The position numbers and the translations under genes are program-made. This document shows, in pieces, positions 15,217-23,193 of a DNA stretch of 32,000 nucleotides; position 1 is the first letter of the stretch; every line of letters begins with the position of its first letter. The DNA comes from Candidatus Methylomirabilis limnetica (lineage in GTDB: Bacteria > Methylomirabilota > Methylomirabilia > Methylomirabilales > Methylomirabilaceae): positions 128,133 to 160,132 of the forward strand of contig NZ_NVQC01000016.1 in the NCBI RefSeq assembly GCF_003044035.1. The letters are read 5' to 3'. The notes under the pieces are model-generated. The model did not search any database. It worked only from the letters and a program-made list of their open reading frames with translations, and was not told the origin of the DNA.

Positions 15217-16424
15217 AGGCCATCATTACAGGAGGTGGGACTGGCGGTCACCTCTTTCCTGCCATTGCGTTAGCCGAGGAGCTCAGGTCAAGAAGGACAG
15301 ACGTGTCGCTCCTATTTGTTGGCGTCGAGGGAGGAATTGAGGCATCTTTGCTGGCTACGAGAGGTTGGGACTTCGAAGGGATCAGGGCTTCCGGCCTACA
15401 GGGCAAGCGCCTCCTGTCGCGGCTTAGGAGCCTCACGCTGATCCCCTCAGGCCTCATCCGGGCTCTATCGATCCTTAGACGGTTCCGTCCCGATGTTGTG
15501 GTTGGGTTTGGTGGCTACGCCTCGGCTGCCATGGTACTGTCGGGAGTGCTTGCGAGGGTCCCGACCGTGATCCATGAACAGAACGCCTTGCCAGGGCTTG
15601 CCAATCGATGGTTGGGGAGGATCGTTGATAGCGTCGCGGTTGCCTTCGAAGAGGCATCTGATTTTTTCCCCAAGAGTAAGGTGCGGGTGACCGGTAATCC
15701 AGTCCGAGCGGAGCTCTTCGGCGTGAGCAGGGCAGAGGCAGCGACCCGCTTGGGTCTCGATCCAAATCGATTCACCCTTCTGATCTTCGGTGGCAGCCAG
15801 GGGGCTCACCGGCTGAACCAGGCGGTTATGGAGGCGCTCCCTAAGCTTACAGACGAGCGAGAGCGGATCCAGTTCATCCATGCCACGGGTCCGCGCGACC
15901 TTTCTCTTGTCCGGCAAGGGTATGACGCTCTTGGATATTCCGCGGCGGTAGAGCCGTTCTTTCAGGCGATGGCCGTGGCGTATGCCATCGCCGACCTCTG
16001 TTTCTGTCGGGCCGGCGCCGGCACGGTGGCAGAGCTCTGCGCCCTGGGGAAGCCGTCGGTACTCGTTCCGTTCCCCTTTGCTGCTAACGATCACCAGCGC
16101 TACAATGCTGAAGCGCTGGTCGCCTCCGGCGGAGCCCGGATGGTGCTGGACCACGATCTAAGTGGTGCCACGGTAGCCGAGATCATACGGACGTTTCTTC
16201 GCGACAGAGAGGGACTTGAGGTCATGGCACACAGGGCGAAGAGCTTAGAGAAGCCGGACGCGGCGATCCGCTTAGCCGATCTCGTGACGCTGACTGCGTG
16301 CCAGGCGCCAGGCGCCAAGTTCTACGTCGGGTTCCAGGTTTCACATGCCAGGTTCCACGTTGGAGATCCGAAACCCAAAACTCGAAACCCAAAACTCGAA
16401 ACTGGAAACTGCAGCGATGTTTAA
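15213..16424 (+). CDS. murG: UDP-GlcNAc--lipid I N-acetylglucosaminyltransferase MurG, with a repeat-encoded C-terminal tail
   Basis: GGGTGGHLFPAIALAEEL N-terminus. GTGA overlap with ftsW. 403 aa, of which the last ~40 codons run through the heptamer element. Confidence 0.9.
   Translation: MKAIITGGGTGGHLFPAIALAEELRSRRTDVSLLFVGVEGGIEASLLATRGWDFEGIRASGLQGKRLLSRLRSLTLIPSGLIRALSILRRFRPDVVVGFGGYASAAMVLSGVLARVPTVIHEQNALPGLANRWLGRIVDSVAVAFEEASDFFPKSKVRVTGNPVRAELFGVSRAEAATRLGLDPNRFTLLIFGGSQGAHRLNQAVMEALPKLTDERERIQFIHATGPRDLSLVRQGYDALGYSAAVEPFFQAMAVAYAIADLCFCRAGAGTVAELCALGKPSVLVPFPFAANDHQRYNAEALVASGGARMVLDHDLSGATVAEIIRTFLRDREGLEVMAHRAKSLEKPDAAIRLADLVTLTACQAPGAKFYVGFQVSHARFHVGDPKPKTRNPKLETGNCSDV
16342..16410 (+). 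repeat. Second-family heptamer element: core CACATGCCAGGTTCCACGTT (16342-16361) plus CGAAACC CAAAACT CGAAACC CAAAACT CGAAACT GGAAACT (16369-16410)
   Basis: Direct reading. 18/20 identity of the core with 12644-12663. Confidence 0.85.
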
Positions 16425-17796
16425 GAAGATCCGGCACATCCACTTCGTAGGGATTGGGGGAGTCGGGATGAGCGGGATTGCCGAAGTTCTCTACAATCTT
16501 GGCTATCAGGTTAGCGGCTCCGACCTGAAGGTGTCAGAGCATGCCCTTCGTCTCCGGGAGTTGGGTGTGACCGTACAGATCGGCCACGATCCCGCCCATG
16601 TAATGGATGCCGACGTCGTGGTCCGCTCCTCGGCGGTCTCTCCAGAGAATCCCGAGATTGTCGCGGCGAAGGTCCATGCTATCCCGGTCATTCAGCGGGC
16701 TGAGATGCTGGCCGAGCTGATGCGGATGAAGAAGTATGGCGTGGCCGTTGCCGGCACCCATGGGAAGACCACGACAACCTCCATGGTGGCCACGGTCCTG
16801 GCCAAGGCTGGCCTTGACCCTACCGTGGTCATCGGGGGCAAGCTGGATGCGCTTGGCAGCAATGCGAAGCTCGGGCAGGGCGAGTTCATGGTCGCGGAGG
16901 CCGATGAGAGCGACGGCTCTTTTCTCAAGCTGGCTCCCACCATCGCTGTGGTGACCACCATCGACGCCGAGCACCTCGATTACTACCGCGACCTGCAACA
17001 GATCAAGGAGACGTTCCTCGAATTCATCAATAAAGTCCCCTTCTACGGCTCCGCTATTCTGTGTCTCGATCAAGAAGAGATCCGAGACCTGTTGCCCAGG
17101 GTGCAGAAACGCATTGTCTCGTATGCCTGTAACGCGCGGGCTGATTTGACGGCAGAGGGGGTCTCGCTCACCGGACTCAGCTCCATCTTCAAGGTGAGGT
17201 TCAGGGGAGAGCCTCTGGGGGAGGTGCAACTCAGGGTTCCCGGGTTGCACAATGTGTCGAATGCGTTGGCAGCGATAGCAGTAGGCCTCGAGCTGGAGAT
17301 CGAATTTGCCGAGATCCGGACGGCGCTCGGGGAGTTCTCCGGTGTCGCTCGGCGCTTCCAGGTGAGGGGGAGTCCTCAGGACATCATGGTGGTGGACGAC
17401 TACGCCCATCACCCGGCAGAGATCCAGGCCACGCTACAGGCGGCCAGGGCTGGATTTGAGCGGCGACTGATCGCCGTCTTCCAGCCGCATCGTTATACCA
17501 GGACCTTCAGGCTCCTCCCCGAGTTTGCTTCCGCTTTCGATCTGGCCGATCAGGTGATCATCACCGAGATCTACCCGGCGGGAGAGGCGCCGATTGTCGG
17601 CGTCTCCGGCAGACAGCTTGCGGACGTGATTGCCAGCCGGAGAGGGCCAAAGGTCCTGTACGTGGAACGCAAGGAGGAGATCCCGGATCGGGTCGTTGAT
17701 CTGGCCCGTCCTGGCGACCTGGTCATCACTATGGGCGCGGGAGACATCTGGAAGGCCAGCGAGCAGATTGTCGGCCGACTGCAAGAAAGGGTATAG
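16417..17796 (+). CDS. murC: UDP-N-acetylmuramate--L-alanine ligase
   Basis: MFKKIRHIHFVGIGGVGMSGIA N-terminus, GTHGKTTTTSM P-loop. The track ORF start at 16345 lies in the repeat core. Confidence 0.9.
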   Translation: MFKKIRHIHFVGIGGVGMSGIAEVLYNLGYQVSGSDLKVSEHALRLRELGVTVQIGHDPAHVMDADVVVRSSAVSPENPEIVAAKVHAIPVIQRAEMLAELMRMKKYGVAVAGTHGKTTTTSMVATVLAKAGLDPTVVIGGKLDALGSNAKLGQGEFMVAEADESDGSFLKLAPTIAVVTTIDAEHLDYYRDLQQIKETFLEFINKVPFYGSAILCLDQEEIRDLLPRVQKRIVSYACNARADLTAEGVSLTGLSSIFKVRFRGEPLGEVQLRVPGLHNVSNALAAIAVGLELEIEFAEIRTALGEFSGVARRFQVRGSPQDIMVVDDYAHHPAEIQATLQAARAGFERRLIAVFQPHRYTRTFRLLPEFASAFDLADQVIITEIYPAGEAPIVGVSGRQLADVIASRRGPKVLYVERKEEIPDRVVDLARPGDLVITMGAGDIWKASEQIVGRLQERV

Positions 17797-17874
17797 GGTA
17801 GAGGGTGGAGGGTATAGGGTTTAGGAAAAGCACTGATGCTGAGGTTTATACCCTACACCCTAAACCCTATACCC
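17789..17874 (+). repeat. Inverted heptamer arrays: GGGTNNA x5 (17789-17825), 21-nt loop, TNNACCC x4 (17847-17874)
   Basis: Direct reading. The arms are complementary unit for unit. The murC TAG (17794-17796) lies in the first unit junction. Confidence 0.9.
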
Positions 17875-17879
17875 TAACT

Positions 17880-18818
17880 ATGAGGGTACAGGAGATGGCG
17901 GCGGGGCAGCTCAAGTTGTCGGAACGGCTTCGAGGCGTGATCAAGGGAACGATCCTCACTGAAGAGCCGCTCTCCCTGCACACCTACTTCCGGATCGGCG
18001 GCCCAGCCGAGGCGATGGTCTACCCTGCTGGCCTTGAAGATCTGAAAGCCTTACTCAAGGTGGCGCGGGACGAGGCGATTCCTCTCCTGATCCTCGGTGG
18101 TGGAAGTAACGTGCTGGTGTTAGATGGAGGGGTCAGGGGTCTGGTCATCAACCTCTCACGAACCTTCCTGGAGCTTGAGGTCTCCGGCGAACAGATCAGG
18201 TGTGGGGCCAGTGTGCGGACAAGCCGTCTGCTGGCCTTCTCTGCAATGAGCAGCTTGACCGGTCTCGAAGGGCTGTCAGGTGTGCCGGGAACCGTCGGAG
18301 GGGCGATCAAGGGGAATGCCGGGACGCCATTAGGCGCCATCGTCGATCATCTTGACTGGATTCGCCTTGTGGACGGCTTAGGCGAGGAGCAACATCTTAC
18401 GCGGGAGGAGCTCGGCCCGGTTTACAGACACTGTACCATTCCGGCAGGTTCAGCGATCGTTGAGGCCTGTTTCACGCTTCGGAGGGGAAGGGCGGCAGAG
18501 ATCAGGGGGACGATCTCGACGTTGCTGGCGAGGAGGAATCTGACGCAACCTGTGGAGGTCAGGTCCGCCGGTTGTTTCTTCAAGAACCCTCCGGGGGACT
18601 TCGCGGGGCGTCTGGTAGAGCAGGCGGGGCTAAAGGGACTGCGGCGAGGAGGAGCCCAGATCTCTGAGAAACACGGTAACTTTATCGTGAATCTCGGCGG
18701 GGCTACGGCGGCAGATGTGTTATGGCTAATCGAGCGAGCCAGAGCCCTAGTGATGGTCAAGACAGGAGTGGAGCTTGAACTGGAGATCCAGGTCGTCGGA
18801 TCGCCCACCGCGAGTTGA
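17880..18818 (+). CDS. murB: UDP-N-acetylenolpyruvoylglucosamine reductase
   Basis: LHTYFRIGGPAEAMV..ILGGGSNVLV FAD-binding domain and GCFFKNP motif. The start is uncertain (ATG 17880 or 17895). The GTG 17805 extension is repeat-encoded. Confidence 0.88.
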   Translation: MRVQEMAAGQLKLSERLRGVIKGTILTEEPLSLHTYFRIGGPAEAMVYPAGLEDLKALLKVARDEAIPLLILGGGSNVLVLDGGVRGLVINLSRTFLELEVSGEQIRCGASVRTSRLLAFSAMSSLTGLEGLSGVPGTVGGAIKGNAGTPLGAIVDHLDWIRLVDGLGEEQHLTREELGPVYRHCTIPAGSAIVEACFTLRRGRAAEIRGTISTLLARRNLTQPVEVRSAGCFFKNPPGDFAGRLVEQAGLKGLRRGGAQISEKHGNFIVNLGGATAADVLWLIERARALVMVKTGVELELEIQVVGSPTAS

Positions 18819-19677
18819 TGAGGGTGTTGGATTTCGCCCAAATCGGCGCTTCCTGAGATTGGTACCGGCGAGATCAGGATGGTGGCGGAAGGACGTGACT
18901 CGCAAGGGCCGAAGGATTGATTCGCGCCTCAGGTGGGGTGCGAACGCAACCATCCTCTCTGTGCTGCTGGTCGTGCTTGGATGGCTGGTTTGGCAGCAGG
19001 TTCCACGCACTACGCCCATGCGCTATTTTCTGATTAGCGATCTCATCGTTGAAGGAAACAGACAAGTGCCTACAGCGGCGATTATCGATAGCTTGGCCCT
19101 GCCCGCCCATGCTGGCATCCTCCAGGTCGATTTGAAGGAGGTGGCGGCGGCCATTCTACGCAATCCCTGGATCAAAACGGCCAGGGTGAGCAGACGTCTT
19201 CCAGCAACCCTACTGGTTCACGTGTCGGAGCGCGCGCCATCCGCAGTTGTGGCGGTAGATCGTCCCTACCTCGTCAGTGAGGATGGGCTCATCCTGCAGG
19301 AGGCTTCACCCGCGGAGATGTCCGACCTCCCGATGTTGAAGCTCCACGCCGATCACCCACTCGAGACGGGGGGGCGGATCGATCCCGCTCGCATCGAACA
19401 GGGGATTTATCTATGGCAGCGGTTTCATCAGGGCGCCTTAGGACCGGATGTGCAGGTGAGAGAGATTCAATTGGAGGGCGATGGGAGCTACACCGTTTTA
19501 CTGGACCACGGGTTGCCATACCTGCGTTTCGGAGAGAAGGATGGCTTGCAGCAGCAGTTGGATCGGTTGGCGCGGGCGCTTGAGATGCGCGGGACCACCC
19601 TGCGCGAGTTGGAATATGTCGATCTCAGATTCTCCGATAAGGTCATCGTGAAGCCGCTTCCGAAGGAGGGCGCATGA
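18775..19677 (+). CDS. ftsQ: cell division protein FtsQ (basic N-terminal tail, TM helix, POTRA domain)
   Basis: TM helix ILSVLLVVLGWLVWQQV followed by POTRA-like IVEGNRQVPTAAIIDSL..PWIKTARVSRRLPATLLVHVSER. The 5' end is uncertain because the ORF overlaps murB by 44 nt. Confidence 0.75.
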   Translation: MNWRSRSSDRPPRVDEGVGFRPNRRFLRLVPARSGWWRKDVTRKGRRIDSRLRWGANATILSVLLVVLGWLVWQQVPRTTPMRYFLISDLIVEGNRQVPTAAIIDSLALPAHAGILQVDLKEVAAAILRNPWIKTARVSRRLPATLLVHVSERAPSAVVAVDRPYLVSEDGLILQEASPAEMSDLPMLKLHADHPLETGGRIDPARIEQGIYLWQRFHQGALGPDVQVREIQLEGDGSYTVLLDHGLPYLRFGEKDGLQQQLDRLARALEMRGTTLRELEYVDLRFSDKVIVKPLPKEGA

Positions 19678-20909
19678 CCCGAAGGGGCGAGCTCGTGATA
19701 GGGCTCGACATCGGCACGACCAAGATCTGCGTCATCGTCGCTGAAGTGACGGAGAACGGGGTCGAAATCGTCGGATGCGGGATCAGTCCATCGCGGGGCC
19801 TGAAGAAGGGCATCGTCGTCAACATCGATGTGACCGTTGAGTCGATCAAGCAAGCAGTCGAGGCAGCGGAGGCGATGGCAGGAGTCGCCCTGGATTCCGC
19901 ATTTGTGGGGATCGCCGGAGGCCACATCAAGGGGATTAATAGCCGGGGGGTCATCGCTATCTCCGGTAAGAACCAGGAGATCACTCAGAGCGATGTGGAT
20001 CGGGTCATTGAGGCGGCCAAGGCCATCACGCTGCCTGCCGATCGCCGAGTGATCCACGTCATCCCGCAAGAGTTCATTATCGACGATCAGGGGGGGGTGA
20101 AGGAACCGGTTGGAATGAGCGGATCTCGGCTCGAGGCCGAGATCCATATCGTGACGGGAGCCGTCGCCTCGGCAGAAAATATCATCAAGTGCGCGACCAG
20201 GGCTGGGCTGGAGGTGCGGGATATCGTGTTGCAGCCGCTGGCCTCCAGTGAAGCGACGCTGACCGCAGATGAAAAAGAGTTGGGAGTGATCCTGATAGAT
20301 ATCGGCGGCGGGACCACTGATATCGCTGTCTTCGTGGATGGGAGCATCCGCCACACTGCGGTGCTGCCGCTGGGCGGCGACCATCTGACCCATGACATTG
20401 CCATTGGACTCAGGACCCCTCCCCAGTGTGCCGAGCAGATCAAGCGCCAGTACGGTTGCGCCCTGGCCTCTCTCGTGGTGGGTGAGGATGCGGTGGAGGT
20501 CCCGAGCGTTGGCGGCCGTAAGCCTCGTCTGCTCTCGCGGCAGATGTTGTGCGAGATCGTTCAGCCAAGAATGGTGGAGATCCTCACATATGCAAGTCAG
20601 GAAGTGAAACGAGCCGGGCTGATGCAACAGATAGCCGCCGGGGTTGTGGTCACTGGTGGATCCTCGGCGATGACGGGTGTGCCGGAGCTAGCCGAACAGA
20701 TCTTCGACCTGCCGGTGCGGCTGGGGATACCGTCTGGCGTTGGCGGCTTGAAGGAAGTGGTAAGCTCACCGATGCATGCAACCGGCGTGGGCCTGGTGCT
20801 GTACGGCGCGGCGCATCTTAACCAGCATCGGTTTAGCAGGCCATCAGAACAAAGCCTGGTGGACAAGATCATCAAGCGGATGAGGCAGTGGTTTAGCGAT
20901 TTTCTGTAA
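19674..20909 (+). CDS. ftsA: cell division protein FtsA
   Basis: IGLDIGTTKICVIVAEV, IDIGGGTTDIAVF (actin-fold phosphate motifs). ATGA overlap with ftsQ. Confidence 0.95.
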   Translation: MTRRGELVIGLDIGTTKICVIVAEVTENGVEIVGCGISPSRGLKKGIVVNIDVTVESIKQAVEAAEAMAGVALDSAFVGIAGGHIKGINSRGVIAISGKNQEITQSDVDRVIEAAKAITLPADRRVIHVIPQEFIIDDQGGVKEPVGMSGSRLEAEIHIVTGAVASAENIIKCATRAGLEVRDIVLQPLASSEATLTADEKELGVILIDIGGGTTDIAVFVDGSIRHTAVLPLGGDHLTHDIAIGLRTPPQCAEQIKRQYGCALASLVVGEDAVEVPSVGGRKPRLLSRQMLCEIVQPRMVEILTYASQEVKRAGLMQQIAAGVVVTGGSSAMTGVPELAEQIFDLPVRLGIPSGVGGLKEVVSSPMHATGVGLVLYGAAHLNQHRFSRPSEQSLVDKIIKRMRQWFSDFL

Positions 20910-20948
20910 GTTCCAACATCCAATAACCGCTTTCGGGGGGAGGTGGAA

Positions 20949-22124
20949 ATGCCATTTGCGCTGGAGATCGATGCCGAGCACGCGGCCAAGATCAAGGTGA
21001 TCGGAGTTGGGGGCGGGGGATCCAATGCGGTAAATCGGATGTCGACATCGAATTTTACCGGGGTTGATTTCTTTATAGTCAACACTGACACGCAAGCGCT
21101 CAGGATGTCTTCCGTGGGCGCCAAGCTTCAGATCGGCGCCAACGTCACTGGGGGTCGTGGAGCAGGGGCGAATCCGGAGATCGGGCGACAAGCGGCGCTT
21201 GAGGATACCGACAAGATCCGAGCCCTCTTGGAAGGCGCTGACATGGTGTTTATCACCGCTGGTATGGGTGGCGGGACAGGAACCGGCGCCGCGCCTATCA
21301 TCGCGAATCTCGCCAAAGAGTTGGGCATCCTGACAGTTGGGGTAGTGACCAAGCCATTCGGCTTCGAGGGCAAGACCAGAGAGGTTCAAGCAGCCCGGGG
21401 ACTTGCTGCGCTGTGCGAGAGCGTCGATGCCTTGATCACTATCCCGAACCAGCGGCTGCTACAGGTGGTGGAGCGACAGACCTCGCTGACCGATGCTTTT
21501 AAGATTGCCGACGATGTATTGCGCCAGGCGGTGCAAGGGATTGCAGACCTCATTGTGGTGCCGGGTCTGATCAACCTGGACTTTGCCGATGTCAAGACCA
21601 TTATGGCGCAGCGTGGGATTGCGATGATGGGCATCGGAGTTGCGTCAGGGGAGAGCGCAGCCTCCGAAGCTGCCGCAAGAGCTATTAACAGCCCGCTCCT
21701 GGAAAATATTTCAATCGATGGCGCCAGGGGCGTCCTCATTAACATCACCGGCGGTCCGACGCTCTCATTGTACGAGGTGAACGAGGCCAGCTCTACGATC
21801 TCTATGGCGGCCCATCAAGATGCTAACATCATTTTCGGAGCGGTGATCGACGAATCGCTCAACGATGAAGTCTGTGTGACGGTGATTGCCACCGGGTTCG
21901 AGGCCACTACCGCGGTGAGAGAGGATGGGTCCTCAAATATGGTCGAAATGAAGATGTACGCATCCAGAGCAGCGGAGCGTGGAGGTTTCCTTAGGAAGCG
22001 CGGGGCGGTTGGGCATGAGACCTCCGATGATCAATTTAATCTCCGCGATCTGGAGCTCAGACCCCAGGACCTTAATGAGGACGAGCTGGACATCCCGACC
22101 TTTTTGCGGCGCCAAGCCGATTAA
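20949..22124 (+). CDS. ftsZ: cell division GTPase FtsZ
   Basis: [17 protein letters not shown], tubulin signature [13 protein letters not shown]-terminal [11 protein letters not shown] peptide. ATG 20949 sits 6 nt after GGAGG. Confidence 0.97.
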   Translation: MPFALEIDAEHAAKIKVIGVGGGGSNAVNRMSTSNFTGVDFFIVNTDTQALRMSSVGAKLQIGANVTGGRGAGANPEIGRQAALEDTDKIRALLEGADMVFITAGMGGGTGTGAAPIIANLAKELGILTVGVVTKPFGFEGKTREVQAARGLAALCESVDALITIPNQRLLQVVERQTSLTDAFKIADDVLRQAVQGIADLIVVPGLINLDFADVKTIMAQRGIAMMGIGVASGESAASEAAARAINSPLLENISIDGARGVLINITGGPTLSLYEVNEASSTISMAAHQDANIIFGAVIDESLNDEVCVTVIATGFEATTAVREDGSSNMVEMKMYASRAAERGGFLRKRGAVGHETSDDQFNLRDLELRPQDLNEDELDIPTFLRRQAD

Positions 22125-22178
22125 CCATTCCCGGAAAAGCTCTTCCTCGATGCGAGCCATGGAAGGGAGGATGCGTCA

Positions 22179-22373
22179 ATGAGGCGACTTAGCATACTGT
22201 TCAGGCTACTTCTATGTTCAGGCAGTTTGACGGTGACCTGTCCACACTGCTTGTTGCCGATCGGCGGATCGGAGAATGTCTGTCCGAACTGTCGTCGGCT
22301 GTTACGGTTTGAGGGGATTGCGGAGCTCCGGGCGAATAGCCATCCGGATCACGCCTTACGGCGGTGCGCGTAG
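22179..22373 (+). CDS. hypothetical small protein with CPHC-x10-CPNC zinc-ribbon motif
   Basis: 64-aa ORF. ATG sits 8 nt after GGGAGG. Has paired CxxC motifs. No family was recognised. Confidence 0.4.
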   Translation: MRRLSILFRLLLCSGSLTVTCPHCLLPIGGSENVCPNCRRLLRFEGIAELRANSHPDHALRRCA

Positions 22374-22397
22374 GGGCGGGGGTGAAGAAGGGTAAGC

Positions 22398-23096
22398 TTG
22401 GCGGAACGGGTGAGAGATCGGGTTGAGCAGGTAAGGCGTCGGATGGCCGAGGCGGCCCGCCGCGCCGGTCGGGACCCTGATGAGGTGGAGCTGGTTGCCG
22501 TCACCAAGACCGTGTCGGTTCCCCTTATCCGAGAGGCGGTTGATGCTGGTGCGATACTGCTGGGCGAGAATAGGGTTCAAGAGGCTTCGGAGAAGATTGC
22601 CCTCCTGAGCTCGCTCCCGGTCACATGGCATCTGATCGGTCATTTACAGACGAATAAGAGTCGCTCTGCTGCCGAGATGTTTGATCTGATCCATTCGCTC
22701 GACTCTTTGAGGCTTGCTGCCGCTCTGGACCGGCAGGGGGCATCTTTACGGAAGCAGGTACGGGTTCTCGTAGAGGTAAACCTGGAGGGAGAGCCCAGTA
22801 AGTCCGGCATCATTGAAACTGACCTCTTGCCTTTGCTCCAAGCCTGCCGGCAGTTTACGCATCTGGCTGTCGAAGGCCTGATGGCGATCCCACCATTCCG
22901 CAGGAATCCTCAGGAAGTCCGTCCTTTCTTTCGGAAGCTCCGGTGGTTACGAGATCAGGCGGCTAAGGCCTGCCCCGACTATCCTCTCCGCCACCTCTCA
23001 ATGGGGATGAGCCACGATTACGAGATCGCCATCGAAGAGGGAGCAACGCTGGTACGAGTCGGTACGGCGATCTTTGAGGAAAGGCCCGTAATTTAA
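22398..23096 (+). CDS. yggS: YggS/YlmE-family pyridoxal-phosphate homeostasis protein
   Basis: VELVAVTKTV..GENRVQEA..WHLIGHLQTNK..LSMGMSHDYEIAIEEGATLVRVGTAIF. TTG start. This family is commonly found downstream of ftsZ. Confidence 0.9.
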   Translation: MAERVRDRVEQVRRRMAEAARRAGRDPDEVELVAVTKTVSVPLIREAVDAGAILLGENRVQEASEKIALLSSLPVTWHLIGHLQTNKSRSAAEMFDLIHSLDSLRLAAALDRQGASLRKQVRVLVEVNLEGEPSKSGIIETDLLPLLQACRQFTHLAVEGLMAIPPFRRNPQEVRPFFRKLRWLRDQAAKACPDYPLRHLSMGMSHDYEIAIEEGATLVRVGTAIFEERPVI

Positions 23097-23193
23097 GGCT
23101 CGTAAATTGTCGTTGACCATGAGCATGTCTCATCCGCCTGCTTCGCTCTGCGAGAGGACATAGCAGGCGCCCTAGGACATATTAGGAGGAGAG

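Noticed and set aside
16534-17412. 292-aa minus-strand ORF antisense to murC (with similar cases at 15465-16154, 19488-20627, 20597-21124, 23998-24582 and 27800-28684)
   Set aside because: All lie opposite genes with strong motif support and show the biased composition expected of stop-poor antisense frames at about 60% GC.
17789-17874. Possibility that the heptamer arrays are a CRISPR array or true telomere-like DNA
   Set aside because: The units are 7 nt and directly abutting, with no unique spacers, so this is not a CRISPR. The identity of some units to the plant telomere TTTAGGG repeat is limited to single units within a mixed array in a bacterial operon, and is treated as coincidence.
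23140-23175. Hairpin GCCTGCT...AGCAGGC between yggS and the CoA ligase gene as a terminator
   Set aside because: 7-bp stem with a 19-nt loop and no U-tract. Weak support.
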